A DNA stretch of 64,000 nucleotides from Candidatus Poribacteria bacterium (GTDB taxonomy: Bacteria > Poribacteria > WGA-4E > WGA-3G): the NCBI GenBank assembly GCA_021295715.1, contig JAGWBV010000003.1, forward strand, positions 19,400 through 83,399, given 5' to 3'. The notes under the pieces are model-generated. The model saw only the letters and a program-made list of their open reading frames with translations, searched no databases and was not told the origin of the DNA. Each line of letters starts with the position of its first letter. Position 1 is the stretch's first letter. A program made the translations under genes and the position numbers. This document shows, in pieces, positions 1 through 9,955 of the stretch.

Positions 1-1
1 A

Positions 2-454
2 GTCAATGTTTGCACAGATGAAGACCTCACGTTAAAGGGCGGAAGGGCACAGACATACGAATTCCAGAGAGAATATAGTGCCAATGGCACTTTGCAGCGT
101 ATCTTTGTGGAACTTCCAGCGTCTTTAGGGGGCACTATAGAGTGGATAAATCCTTATCGGGGGACAGACATTTCAGAGACGGGTATCTCATTGGCGACAA
201 TGCTTGACGGTATCGCACGTGCCGTCCGAGAAGACACCCAACCGCTATGGACAGGCGAAATGGGCAAAGCAGATCAGGAGATGGTGATTGCGGCGCATCG
301 GTCAATCGAAATGAATCGACAGCCTATTGAACTTCCCCTTAAACCTAATCCGGCTGAAGAAGACGCGTTTGATCGCGATTTTGAAGTCCAGTTTGGTGTT
401 CATCCACGCGAAAACATTGAAAAAGCATTACAAGTTAATTTCAAAGCGCGTTAG
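2..454 (+). CDS. 3' part of a CDS that begins upstream of the window; product unknown
   Basis: The frame of the listed ORF 92..454 is open back to base 2 (VNVCTDEDLTLKGG...), so the TTG at 92 is probably internal. Stop TAG is at 452-454. It lies directly upstream of two Gfo/Idh/MocA genes, but no family can be assigned from these residues. Confidence 0.5.
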   Translation, partial: VNVCTDEDLTLKGGRAQTYEFQREYSANGTLQRIFVELPASLGGTIEWINPYRGTDISETGISLATMLDGIARAVREDTQPLWTGEMGKADQEMVIAAHRSIEMNRQPIELPLKPNPAEEDAFDRDFEVQFGVHPRENIEKALQVNFKAR

Positions 455-503
455 CAGAAGTGAAGTTGGCAATAATTTTTTTAGGTATTTATAGAGGTAA
501 GTA

Positions 504-1478
504 ATGACAGAAATTAAAATCGGATTTATTGGATGTGGTGGTAATGCGAATGGACACATGAACCAATTAGCCGGAATCAAAGGCGCAAGCGTTGTGGCTG
601 TGTGCGACGTTCAAGCAGAACGGGCGCAAAGTGCAGCCGAGAAACACAACGCTGACCCCTATACCGCGCATCAAGCCCTGCTCGAACGTGATGACTTGGA
701 TGCCGTCTATTTGAGCCTCCCAGTTTTTGTACATAGACAACCAGAACTTGATGTCATCGAGCGAGGCTTACCATTTTTTGTGGAGAAACCTGTTGCTATC
801 AATATGGACATCGCCCGCGAGGTTGAAACGGCAGTTGCAAACGCTGGACTCATAACTTGTGTCGGTTATCAACTCCGTTATCTCGGTTCGACGCAAATAA
901 CGCAGCAGATCCTGCAGGAAAGAACTATTAACATGATCGTTGGTAAGTACTGGTGCAGCACTGGGCATGGGGACCCAAATGCATGGCTCCGCCAGATGAA
1001 CAAATCCGGCGGTCAACTTGTCGAACAAGCAACACATACAATCGATATGATGCGTTACATGGGCGGAGAAGTGGAAACTGTTTATGCGATGCAGGCAAAC
1101 CGGCTTCTCAAAGAGACGGATTGTCCTGATGCCAATAGTGTCACTCTTCAGTTTGCGAGCGGTGCCGTCGGTTCGTTGACTGCCACTTGGGCGTATGCAG
1201 GAGACTGGTCGAACGCGAATATCCTGGATTTACTGTATGAAGACGAGTTGTTGAATTGGAATCCATCAAGGGTCTTGGTCCAGGAAGATGGGGAATGGGT
1301 GGATAAGACAGAACCAAGCCCAACAATTGATGAGGTATTCGTGGACGCAGTGCGCAGCGGTGATGGTTCTTCAATCTTGAGTCCATATAGTGATGCAGTC
1401 AAGACACTCGCAATATCGCTGGCAGCGAACCAGTCTGCGCAAGAAAACAGACCTATCGCCATTTCAGAGATTTTGTGA
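504..1478 (+). CDS. Gfo/Idh/MocA family oxidoreductase
   Basis: N-terminal Rossmann motif KIGFIGCGGNANGH, EKP motif (FFVEKPVA), about 324 aa, GAGG upstream of the ATG. Confidence 0.9.
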   Translation: MTEIKIGFIGCGGNANGHMNQLAGIKGASVVAVCDVQAERAQSAAEKHNADPYTAHQALLERDDLDAVYLSLPVFVHRQPELDVIERGLPFFVEKPVAINMDIAREVETAVANAGLITCVGYQLRYLGSTQITQQILQERTINMIVGKYWCSTGHGDPNAWLRQMNKSGGQLVEQATHTIDMMRYMGGEVETVYAMQANRLLKETDCPDANSVTLQFASGAVGSLTATWAYAGDWSNANILDLLYEDELLNWNPSRVLVQEDGEWVDKTEPSPTIDEVFVDAVRSGDGSSILSPYSDAVKTLAISLAANQSAQENRPIAISEIL

Positions 1479-1514
1479 GGATACCTTCCTGACCTGTCCT
1501 AAAAGGAGTTGGTT

Positions 1515-2510
1515 ATGTCGCAAACTTCGCCAAAATATCGTATCGCCATCGTCGGATGTGGTGGTATCTCTAACGCGCACGGAAACGCATGGCGAAATCT
1601 GCCAGAAATTGAAATTGTAGGAGCCTGCGACGAGAAACTTGAACCGCTCAAGCGTTTTGCTACGGAATATAACGTTCAGAATACCTACAACGACCTCCGA
1701 CTGATGCTGGAGAAACAGCAACCCGATGTCTTAGTGATTGCAACGTGGCCCTCGAATCATCTCAAAAATGTGCTGGAGGCAGTGCGGTGCGGCATCAAAG
1801 GTATTCTTGTTGAGAAACCGATTGCGGTTAACACGACGCAATTGGAGCAGATGATTCAGGTTACAGAACGTGCCGACATCCGATTAATGGAAGCCTTCAT
1901 GTACCGACACCATCCGTTGACGCTCGCCGTGAAACAGAAGATTGAGGAAGGGGCTATCGGAGAGGTCCGCTATGCACGCTCCACTTTTTCAACAGGACTC
2001 ACAGACCGGCAGAATTGGCGATTAAGAGGCGATCTCGGAGGGGGTGCTGTCATGGATTTAGGCTGTTATTGCATCAATATCATCCGTTATCTCGTTGGGC
2101 GAGAACCGCAATCGGTTTGGGCAACGGGCAAGTTTGAACCCATTAACAACGTCTGGGAAACTCTGATTGGAACTTTGGACTTTGGCGATGGTCTTACCGG
2201 ACAATTGGATTGTAGTTTTGGATGGACGTGGCGCGAATCTTATGAGGTCGCTGGTACAGATGGCACTCTCTTTGTTCAGAGTGCTTGGGGCAATTCGGAA
2301 GGTGAATCCCATTTTATAGTAAACGGCGAAACTATTCGTGTTGATAATGGTGTGAACCCTTATGCCGCTGAGATTTTGGATCTCTGTCGGGCAGTGGATA
2401 CGGGTGCGCCAACGCATTTACCAATATCGGACGCGCTTGGAAATATGCGTGCCATTGATGCATTACACGAATCGGCACACACAGGTCAGGGCATTAAACT
2501 CTCTGCATAA
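1515..2510 (+). CDS. Gfo/Idh/MocA family oxidoreductase
   Basis: Motifs RIAIVGCGGISNAH and LVEKPIA. AAGGAG (1503-1508) precedes ATG 1515. The listed ORF begins at TTG 1509, two codons upstream. Confidence 0.9.
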   Translation: MSQTSPKYRIAIVGCGGISNAHGNAWRNLPEIEIVGACDEKLEPLKRFATEYNVQNTYNDLRLMLEKQQPDVLVIATWPSNHLKNVLEAVRCGIKGILVEKPIAVNTTQLEQMIQVTERADIRLMEAFMYRHHPLTLAVKQKIEEGAIGEVRYARSTFSTGLTDRQNWRLRGDLGGGAVMDLGCYCINIIRYLVGREPQSVWATGKFEPINNVWETLIGTLDFGDGLTGQLDCSFGWTWRESYEVAGTDGTLFVQSAWGNSEGESHFIVNGETIRVDNGVNPYAAEILDLCRAVDTGAPTHLPISDALGNMRAIDALHESAHTGQGIKLSA

Positions 2511-2546
2511 GGTTTTCAATCGGTAAAAGGAGCCCAATAATTAAAA

Positions 2547-4967
2547 ATGTTTGAAAAAATGATGAAGTATCCCATTGACGTTTTTCGAGAGGGGAATTTC
2601 TCATTTGGGGTGCCATTGCCAGGGCTTCTTATAGCCGTTCTGCTCGTAGCACTGTTTGCCGCTACAATATGGGCATATCGGAGTACCGAAGGTCGTATCC
2701 AACGCGTCTTTCGGGGTTTTCTCATCTTCCTCCGCACGCTTGTACTCTGTCTGCTTGCCTTCTGTCTCCTTAAACCTTTTCTCACAATTTATCAAACAAA
2801 TCCTGATGATTCCTATCTGTTGGTGATGATCGATCGGTCCAAAAGTATGCAGATTACCGATTCTGTGGATTCAGTGACACGGCTGCGCCGCGCCAACGAA
2901 CTACTCTTTTCAGAAGAAGCGGGACTCCTTGAAAAATTGAACGCAAAATTCAAAGTTAGATTTTTTGCGTTTGACACTACAGCAAAACGGGTTCCAAGCG
3001 AAGCATTGACGAGTGCAGAGGGAGAAAGCACGGATATTCCACAAGCGGTAAACGAAGCACTTGATGACTTGCAGGGAATTCCACTCTCTGGTGCTGTCCT
3101 GTTGACTGATGGTGTGGACAGAAGTGGTGTTGATGTCGCAAAATTCGCAATGCAAATCCGAGAACGGAAACTGCCTATCCATACGGTTGGCATTGGCGCA
3201 GAAGAGGGCAATTCAGACCTGGAGCTTGTGAAGGTCGATGTACCTCGGACCGCAGAAGAGGATTTTCCCGTCGAGGTATGGGCGACGCTGAAACGGAAGG
3301 GTTTCAAAGGGAAGAAGGTGAATATCCAATTAATAAGTAACGGACGAGCCCTGAAAACGGAGTCCGTTGATATGGATGAAGGAACCTCTTGGATGTCGCA
3401 GCTTAGCGGGGCAGACTCAGAATCTGATACCAAGACAAAACGCGTTCTGCTTAAATTTACACCTCGTGAAGCTGGCACGCAAAAATTTGAAGTACACGCA
3501 GAGTTAGGAGAAACGGAAGCCGTCCCACAAAACAACACAAAAACGTTTTTAATGAAGGTAGCACCTACCAAACGTGTAAAAATCCTGTTTGTTGACGGTA
3601 GACCGCGTTATGAATTTGGCTTTATAAAGCGTGCCTTGAAAAACGATCCGAACATCCAATTAACGGATCGGTTTTTGAAAGGGCTCACTGCTGACGGTCT
3701 CCCAACATACGGTGGTACTCGTGCCGAAGTGTCACACGATTTTCAATTTTATCCCGACGATAAGGAGATGCTTTTTGACTTTGATGCCATCATTTTAGGC
3801 AATGTGGATGCATCCCAATTTACACTGTCGCAGCTGGAGAATACAGTTGAGTTTGTACGCACCCGAGGTGGTGGACTGCTTATGTTGGGGGGTTCCAGTT
3901 CTTTAGGGAACCACGAACTTTCCGTGTCCTATATCAACACGCCGATTGCGCAGTGTCTCCCAGTAGAATTGGAGCTTGGATCCCCGCCGCCTCCATTAGC
4001 ACCGAGGCGAATCGGTAGGTCGGTCAGGAGTTCGCAGTCTATTGAAGACAGCGGCTTTAAATTGCAACTCACACCGGACGGGAAAGTCGAAACTTTGATG
4101 GCTTTAGCGGCTATGCCTGCCGATAATTTAGAGCGCTGGCAAATCTTGCCCACGCTAAAGGGATATAGTAAGGTGAAACGTGCTAAAGCGGGCGCACTTG
4201 TTTTGGCAGAACACCCAACTGATCGAAATGAATTCGGGAAGCGAATTCTTATCGCGACGCATAATTACAATGCCGGGCGCGTCATGGTATTTACACCGCA
4301 CACCTCTTGGCGTTGGCAGATGCTACCTTCTCACGAAGATGCGGATCAACGATCCTGGAATCAAGAGGATAGTCCCGAACGGTTCTGGCGACAGGTTGCG
4401 AAATGGCTGACGACTGCCCCGAAGGAACACATTAAACTCGATGTCGCAAAAACTGTTTACGCGTTGAAAGAACCTATCGTAATTGAGGTTACCGCTACGG
4501 ATCCAGAGTTCCAGTTGACAAACAACGCGAAAATCCGAGCCGTGATTCTTGATGCGTCGGGGAAACGCCGGGAGTTAAAACTCGAACAGGTTCTCGGTAA
4601 AGATGGACTCTACACGGCGCGTTTTATTCCGAACCGTTACGGCGAATACACCGTCACCGCAACCGGGACCCTCAATAGTGAAAACTTAGGCGAACAACAG
4701 ACCCTCTTTGAGGTAAAAACATCCTACGCTGAATTTAGCAATGCTGAGCTTAACGCCGCGCTTCTCAAGACGCTTGCGGAAGGGAGTGGCGGAAAATACT
4801 ATACCGTGGAAGAGGCACCGCAACTTGTAAATCAGATTCCGCTTGTAGAAAGTGCAACATCAAAGATTACGGATGTCGATATTTGGGATATGCCTCTCAT
4901 TTTTGGGGCGGTTATCGCACTCCTTGGGTTCGAGTGGTTCTTAAGAAAACGTGGGGGCTTGGTATAG
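2547..4967 (+). CDS. VWA-domain membrane protein (BatA/aerotolerance-type N-terminus, central ThuA/GATase1-like region, C-terminal TM anchor)
   Basis: Two N-terminal TM helices; MIDAS-like LLVMIDRSKSMQITDS; VKILFVDGRPRYEFGF segment; hydrophobic C-terminal helix followed by LRKRGG. Confidence 0.75.
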   Translation: MFEKMMKYPIDVFREGNFSFGVPLPGLLIAVLLVALFAATIWAYRSTEGRIQRVFRGFLIFLRTLVLCLLAFCLLKPFLTIYQTNPDDSYLLVMIDRSKSMQITDSVDSVTRLRRANELLFSEEAGLLEKLNAKFKVRFFAFDTTAKRVPSEALTSAEGESTDIPQAVNEALDDLQGIPLSGAVLLTDGVDRSGVDVAKFAMQIRERKLPIHTVGIGAEEGNSDLELVKVDVPRTAEEDFPVEVWATLKRKGFKGKKVNIQLISNGRALKTESVDMDEGTSWMSQLSGADSESDTKTKRVLLKFTPREAGTQKFEVHAELGETEAVPQNNTKTFLMKVAPTKRVKILFVDGRPRYEFGFIKRALKNDPNIQLTDRFLKGLTADGLPTYGGTRAEVSHDFQFYPDDKEMLFDFDAIILGNVDASQFTLSQLENTVEFVRTRGGGLLMLGGSSSLGNHELSVSYINTPIAQCLPVELELGSPPPPLAPRRIGRSVRSSQSIEDSGFKLQLTPDGKVETLMALAAMPADNLERWQILPTLKGYSKVKRAKAGALVLAEHPTDRNEFGKRILIATHNYNAGRVMVFTPHTSWRWQMLPSHEDADQRSWNQEDSPERFWRQVAKWLTTAPKEHIKLDVAKTVYALKEPIVIEVTATDPEFQLTNNAKIRAVILDASGKRRELKLEQVLGKDGLYTARFIPNRYGEYTVTATGTLNSENLGEQQTLFEVKTSYAEFSNAELNAALLKTLAEGSGGKYYTVEEAPQLVNQIPLVESATSKITDVDIWDMPLIFGAVIALLGFEWFLRKRGGLV

Positions 4968-5038
4968 CAGAAAATCCCGTCATCAACTCATAATTTTTGG
5001 ATATAAAAAATTCAACCTGTCAGGTATAGATTGGCACC

Positions 5039-5067
5039 GGGAGCTGTTATGGCTCCCTGATTTTTTG
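5039..5067 (+). terminator. Rho-independent terminator candidate after the VWA gene
   Basis: GGGAGC (5039-5044) / GCTCCC (5052-5057) stem with a 7-nt loop, followed by TGATTTTTTG. Confidence 0.55.
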
Positions 5068-5080
5068 TCAGGATTTCCAC

Positions 5081-5109
5081 TTGACAAACAGCATTTTAAA
5101 TATTACAAT
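5081..5109 (+). promoter_or_regulatory. sigma70-type promoter candidate for the Uma2 gene
   Basis: TTGACA (5081-5086), 17-nt spacer, TACAAT (5104-5109), about 50 nt upstream of ATG 5159. Confidence 0.5.
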
Positions 5110-5158
5110 GATTCTTATCAGAAATTCGCTACAGGATATCAAAAGAGGAGCGAAAAGC

Positions 5159-5725
5159 ATGACGCAACGAGAACTCCACGAAGTCGCGCAAGGAACACGC
5201 GCGCCCGAAGACCTTTCCATGACATTGGCGGAATTTCTTGAGAACGATATAGACGGCTATGAATACGTCAAAGGAGAATTAGTGCCAATGTCTCCACCAA
5301 CAAGGATACATAGTAAGATTAGTGTTAAAGTCATCCGATATTTGGATCGGTATGTGGAAGAGAATCAGTTGGGGGAAGTACACGTAGAGGCAACTTTTCA
5401 GGTCGGTGAACGTGGACTGAAGCCAGATGTGGCATTTGTTCCAACGTCTCAGTTGGATGGAGACGAAAACAAAGGATTTCCGATACCTCCCGATCTGGCG
5501 ATTGAAGTTATCTCACCGACAGATGCTCAGTCGCGTGTCGTTGACAAAGCGTTTGCCTACCTGGATGCAGGCACACGCCTCGTTTGGGTGCTTGAACCCC
5601 GTTCCAAAACGGTGACAGTTTATCGTTCTGAAAGTGACATTGCGCTGCTCACGCGCGAAGATACACTCACGGGTGAGAAGGTCGTGCCGGGGTTCGCCTG
5701 TCCTGTCTCCCAACTTTTCGAGTAG
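5159..5725 (+). CDS. Uma2 family (DUF820) endonuclease-like protein
   Basis: Motifs YEYVKGELVPMSPP, KPDVAFV, PDLAIEVISPTD and LVWVLEP are typical of the Uma2/PD-(D/E)xK-like family. GAGGAG lies 8 nt upstream of ATG 5159. The longer listed ORF (5081) would start inside the promoter. Confidence 0.85.
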   Translation: MTQRELHEVAQGTRAPEDLSMTLAEFLENDIDGYEYVKGELVPMSPPTRIHSKISVKVIRYLDRYVEENQLGEVHVEATFQVGERGLKPDVAFVPTSQLDGDENKGFPIPPDLAIEVISPTDAQSRVVDKAFAYLDAGTRLVWVLEPRSKTVTVYRSESDIALLTREDTLTGEKVVPGFACPVSQLFE

Positions 5726-5774
5726 TTGCGTTGAGGCAATCTTTTTTATTGCACTTCCGCATATAAGGAAAATT

Positions 5775-7133
5775 ATGAACAAGCCCTATAAAAGCGTTAT
5801 GTTTGTCATCGCGGACGATTGGAGCCGAATTGCACAATGCTACGGAAATGAGGTCATCCGAACCCCGCACATCGATGCGTTTGCCGAACGCGGTGTTGTG
5901 TTTGATTATGCTTTCTGCACAAGCCCCTCATGCGCTGTGAGCCGCGCCTGTATTCTTACAGGACAACATAGCCATACACACGGACAATATGGACACTGCC
6001 ACGGCATTCACGGATTTCGCACACATGAATATATGCAATCGGTGCCGAAAATTTTGAAAGCGCACGGATTTGCCACGGCGTGCCTCGGAAAGAAACACGT
6101 TGAACCTGAAAGTGTTTATCCTTTCGATTTTGAACCGAAAGTCAATGCCCGTAGTCCTGTAGAAATGGCGGCGAAGGTTACAGAATTTCTCAACGAGAAT
6201 GCAGATACACCGTTTTACCTCCACATTGGCAGTAGTTATCCACATCGCGCTGGCAAGGGGTTTGGGAATGACCGAACGCATGCTGGCATCGAACCGAGTT
6301 CTTATTCGCCAGATGAGATCATTGTCCCGAACTTCCTGCCGGACGTTCCCGCTGTCCGTGAAGATCTCGCTGATTATTACGAGAGTGTGTCGCGGTGGGA
6401 CGCTGTGGTGGGTTCAGTTCTGGAGGCACTTGACACTTCCGGACGTGCAGATGAAACCCTTGTCTTTGTTACAACGGATCACGCGATGCCATTTCCGGGC
6501 GCGAAGGCATCCAGTTTTGATAGCGGACACCACTGTCCGTTACTTATTGCGAGTCCAACGCAACAGAAACGCGGTTTTCACAATCAGGCACTCGTTAACT
6601 GGGTAGATTTCTGTCCGACAATGTTAGATTGGTGCGGTGTTACACATCCGGACGGAGTAGACGCGCTTCCTGGTAGATCGCTGCTTACTGTCTTGGAGGA
6701 CGATAGTCCATACCCGGGTAACGGCGACTGGGAGGAAACGTACTTTTCCCACTGTTTCCACGAGGTGACGAACTATTATCCGTATCGCGTCCTGCGTGGT
6801 AGACGGTATAAGTATGTCCGAAATCTGGCATATCAGTTGGAGACACCTCTCCCCAGCGACCTGTTCCGCTCAATCTCATGGACAGCCGTGCGGAACGACA
6901 ACGTCCAACAGCTCGGTGAACGACAACGGACCGAATTCCTACAGCAGAGCCGAGAGGCTTTATTTGATATGCAGAACGATCCAGCCGAGTCGCGAAATCT
7001 AATTGACGCACCGCAGTTACAAGACATCGCCAACGAGATGCGCCAAAAGGTTATTGAATTCCGTCAGAAAACTGAAGATCCGTGGCTTGAGCAGTCCTTC
7101 CAAGAAGGCGAAACACAACCTTTTTTCACGTAA
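5775..7133 (+). CDS. Sulfatase (N-sulfoglucosamine sulfohydrolase-like), no signal peptide seen
   Basis: Motifs VMFVIADDW, TSPSCAVSRACILTGQ (formylglycine-motif position), GKKH and TTDHAMPFPGAK. AAGGAA lies upstream of ATG 5775. The listed start 5634 overlaps the Uma2 gene. Confidence 0.9.
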   Translation: MNKPYKSVMFVIADDWSRIAQCYGNEVIRTPHIDAFAERGVVFDYAFCTSPSCAVSRACILTGQHSHTHGQYGHCHGIHGFRTHEYMQSVPKILKAHGFATACLGKKHVEPESVYPFDFEPKVNARSPVEMAAKVTEFLNENADTPFYLHIGSSYPHRAGKGFGNDRTHAGIEPSSYSPDEIIVPNFLPDVPAVREDLADYYESVSRWDAVVGSVLEALDTSGRADETLVFVTTDHAMPFPGAKASSFDSGHHCPLLIASPTQQKRGFHNQALVNWVDFCPTMLDWCGVTHPDGVDALPGRSLLTVLEDDSPYPGNGDWEETYFSHCFHEVTNYYPYRVLRGRRYKYVRNLAYQLETPLPSDLFRSISWTAVRNDNVQQLGERQRTEFLQQSREALFDMQNDPAESRNLIDAPQLQDIANEMRQKVIEFRQKTEDPWLEQSFQEGETQPFFT

Positions 7134-7251
7134 TATCAGTCAGTTACCAGCGGTCAGCAATCAACAGTCTGCAATCAGTAAAGAGATTTATGATTACAGA
7201 TAGACGGGCAGTTGTCTGAATCAGGATTTACATGGCAATACCAAAGTGGTA

Positions 7252-7403
7252 GCCTGCAACAATCCGCAGAAATCCGCAGAAACGCCCAAGCAAAAACCTC
7301 AAGCAAAAACACGCAGGCGGATATAAGAGAGACCCGCAAGCGTTTAAAGGTATGTTGTTCCTCCGCAAGGTAAAATTAAGAACCCGCAAGGTAAAATTAA
7401 AAA
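7252..7403. repeat. Composite of dispersed intergenic repeat modules (GCCTGC...GCAGGC hairpin module, CCCAAGCAAAAAC module, three CCGCAAG copies)
   Basis: The same modules recur at 16091-16208, 35442-35705, 38151-38190, 41965-42460, 49261-49484 and 52662-52840. Local tandem duplications: AATCCGCAGA x2, CAAGCAAAAAC x2, CCGCAAGGTAAAATTAA x2. Confidence 0.8.
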
Positions 7404-8396
7404 TTGCAAAACTACGATTTAGAGGCGATAAATGCCCGCATCCAAGCAGACAGTGGGCTTATACAGCAGATTCTCACAGAGACAGGAAAAGTCATCGTCG
7501 GACAAAGTGCGCTGTTAGAGGGGTTAGTGATTGGATTGCTCTGCAACGGGCATATTCTACTTGAAGGGGTACCCGGCCTCGCGAAGACGACCGCTGTGAG
7601 TGCTCTTGCGCAGACGATAGACGCTTCTTTCAATCGCCTTCAGTTTACACCCGATCTGCTCCCCGCCGACCTCGTTGGGACCCTTATCTACGATCAACAA
7701 AAAGGGGATTTTTACACGAAAAAGGGACCCATTTTTGCCAACATTATCCTCGCAGATGAGATAAATCGCGCACCCGCCAAAGTGCAAAGTGCCTTACTTG
7801 AAGCGATGCAGGAACGGCAGGTAACAATCGGTGGGACGACTTATCCGCTTGACGATCCGTTTCTCGTTTTGGCGACGCAAAATCCGATTGAGCACGAAGG
7901 CACCTATCCGCTCCCCGAAGCACAAGTGGATAGATTTATGCTCAAGATTAAGGTTAACTACCCTTCACATGGAGAGGAATTGCAAATTCTCCGACGCATG
8001 ACGACCGAAGAAATCTCAACGATTCAACCGGTAATTTCTCCGGAAGATATTCTCCGATTCCGAGAGGCGGTCCGCAGCATCTATATGGCAGAGCAGTTGG
8101 AGAGTTATATTGTCGATTTGGTGTGTGCGACGCGCGCACCAGAAGCGTATCGATTGGATGAACTCAGCACATTCATTGAATACGGTGCTTCGCCGCGCGC
8201 GACCATTTTTCTGGCGTTTGCTGCGAGAGCACGGGCGTTCCTTTCTCAACGCGGTTACGTTACGCCTGAAGACATCCATACAGTCGGCATGGATGTCCTG
8301 AGACACAGGGTCATCATCAGTTACGAAGCAGAGGCGGAGGGGCGCGATGTCGAGAGTATTATTTCGCAGGTATTCGCGAAGATTGAAGTGCCTTGA
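7404..8396 (+). CDS. MoxR family AAA+ ATPase
   Basis: Walker A in LLEGVPGLAKT, FTPDLLPADLVG, ILADEINRAPAKVQSALLEAMQERQVT; about 330 aa. It has a TTG start directly abutting the 20-nt repeat end. Confidence 0.9.
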   Translation: MQNYDLEAINARIQADSGLIQQILTETGKVIVGQSALLEGLVIGLLCNGHILLEGVPGLAKTTAVSALAQTIDASFNRLQFTPDLLPADLVGTLIYDQQKGDFYTKKGPIFANIILADEINRAPAKVQSALLEAMQERQVTIGGTTYPLDDPFLVLATQNPIEHEGTYPLPEAQVDRFMLKIKVNYPSHGEELQILRRMTTEEISTIQPVISPEDILRFREAVRSIYMAEQLESYIVDLVCATRAPEAYRLDELSTFIEYGASPRATIFLAFAARARAFLSQRGYVTPEDIHTVGMDVLRHRVIISYEAEAEGRDVESIISQVFAKIEVP

Positions 8397-8400
8397 ACGT

Positions 8401-9660
8401 CTATTCCTCTGTCTGTCCTGCTACAGCCGATGCCCGTGCACCTACGCCGAGGACTGCTAAGAACCCTTCTGAATCGGCATGGTCAAAGTCACCAATCGCC
8501 TCCATAGAGGCAGTCTCTTCGGAATAGAGCGAATGCGGTGCTCCACCTGCGGCATAGAACGCGACATTCCCTTTGTAGAGTGCAACTGTAATGCTCCCAC
8601 TCGCTAAGTTAGTGAGCGGTCCAATAGAAGATAACAGCGCTTGTGTCGCCGCATCGAACCAGTAACCCTGATATACCTGCTCCGCAATCGTGGCGGCGAC
8701 CCCATCAAAGTGTCGGCGTGCGCGTCTATCCAAAATCAGTTGCAGTAGATATTCGTAACACTTCCCAAGCAATTCCATCCCCGGAGATTCATAAACACCA
8801 CGACTCTTAATCCCGACAAACCGGTTTTCAACGGTATGGATGCCGATGCCGACACCATTTCGTCCACCAATACGATTTGCCTCTAATAGACTCTGAAGGG
8901 GTGTAACGGGACTTCCGTTAACCTCAACAGGTGTTCCGCGGGCAAAGATGACCGTAAAGTGCTCTATGTCATCAGGTGCGTCTTTTGGATGGACTCCCAT
9001 ACCGGGGATAATAAAGCCTGCTGGTGTTTTCAAAGATTCGAGGCGTCCGGCTTCATGCGTGAGTCCCAGCAGATTTGCGTCGGTTGAGTAGGGTTTCTCG
9101 TGTGTCGCAGTAATCGGTAGGTTATGTGCTTGGCAGAAGTCTATCATCTCTTTCCTGCCGCCGAACACTGTGAGGAAGTTCGGATCTCGCCACGGGGCAT
9201 AGACAGCGAAATGTGGATTGAGCATATTGGTGGCGAGTTGAAATCGCACCTGATCGTTGCCTCTACCCGTCGCACCGTGTGTTAAGATGGAAATGCCGCG
9301 TTTTTCCATCTCCGGCAGGAGTGCTTTCACGGTGACATGCCTCGCGATGCCAGTCGTATTCCAATATCCGCCTTCATACATGGCTTGGCACTGGACGAGT
9401 TGGATACCCGCCTCTGCGAGTGCGTCCTTCGCGTCAACCATAATCGCATCTTCGGCACCGCATGCCAACATTCGTTCCCGGATTTCCGAAACGTCCCGTT
9501 CGTCAGGTTGTCCGAGGTCTGCCGTAAAACAGACGACCTTAACCCCGTTATCGACCAACCATTTAGTGATGGTACAACTATCTAAGCCGCCCGAAACAGC
9601 GGCACCCACCGTTTTTCCTTTTAATGCATCAATGTTCAAAAGCAATCTCCAAGGTATCAT
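8401..9660 (-). CDS. argG: Argininosuccinate synthase
   Basis: AVSGGLDSC PP-loop motif, THGATGRGNDQVRF, GIGIHTVENRFVGIKSRGVYE; 419 aa. It converges on moxR with a 4-nt gap. Confidence 0.95.
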   Translation of the reverse strand: MIPWRLLLNIDALKGKTVGAAVSGGLDSCTITKWLVDNGVKVVCFTADLGQPDERDVSEIRERMLACGAEDAIMVDAKDALAEAGIQLVQCQAMYEGGYWNTTGIARHVTVKALLPEMEKRGISILTHGATGRGNDQVRFQLATNMLNPHFAVYAPWRDPNFLTVFGGRKEMIDFCQAHNLPITATHEKPYSTDANLLGLTHEAGRLESLKTPAGFIIPGMGVHPKDAPDDIEHFTVIFARGTPVEVNGSPVTPLQSLLEANRIGGRNGVGIGIHTVENRFVGIKSRGVYESPGMELLGKCYEYLLQLILDRRARRHFDGVAATIAEQVYQGYWFDAATQALLSSIGPLTNLASGSITVALYKGNVAFYAAGGAPHSLYSEETASMEAIGDFDHADSEGFLAVLGVGARASAVAGQTEE

Positions 9661-9728
9661 CTATTAAGTTATGACGGAATTATACCACTTTTTGGTGCAG
9701 CTTGCAAATCAATATTGAGACACTAAAA

Positions 9729-9757
9729 AAAAATATATTTGACAATTTATCCAGTTT
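9729..9757 (+). promoter_or_regulatory. sigma70-type promoter candidate for the 9956..12982 gene
   Basis: TTGACA (9729-9734), 17-nt spacer, CATAAT (9752-9757). Implies a leader of about 190 nt. Confidence 0.5.
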
Positions 9758-9955
9758 ATAGCATAATAATTCAAACGGTGCGGTGGCACTTACTCCATCC
9801 CGAGCAACGACTCTGAGAGGTAGAAGATAGCGAGACCTTTCCGCCTCACCTTGTTGCAAATGGCGTTAGGTTCGCAATTTTCACACGATTCTCTCAAGTC
9901 GTTTCTAAGGTTCATAAAAACCCGAGAACATCCATTTCTATGGAGATTTCCCCGC

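Noticed and set aside
2813-3571. 252-aa minus-strand ORF.
   Set aside because: It is antisense to the well-supported VWA-domain gene. The translation is Ser/Thr/Arg-rich with no recognisable motif.
5634-5774. Longer N-terminus for the sulfatase (listed start 5634).
   Set aside because: It would overlap the Uma2 gene by 92 nt and encode an Arg/Ser/Cys-rich non-homologous extension. ATG 5775 has an AAGGAA RBS and matches the family N-terminus (MFVIADDW).
9851-9955. TTG 9851 as the start of the large orphan gene.
   Set aside because: It has no RBS. ATG 9956 has GGAGA at a suitable distance. The choice remains uncertain and does not affect the domain interpretation.
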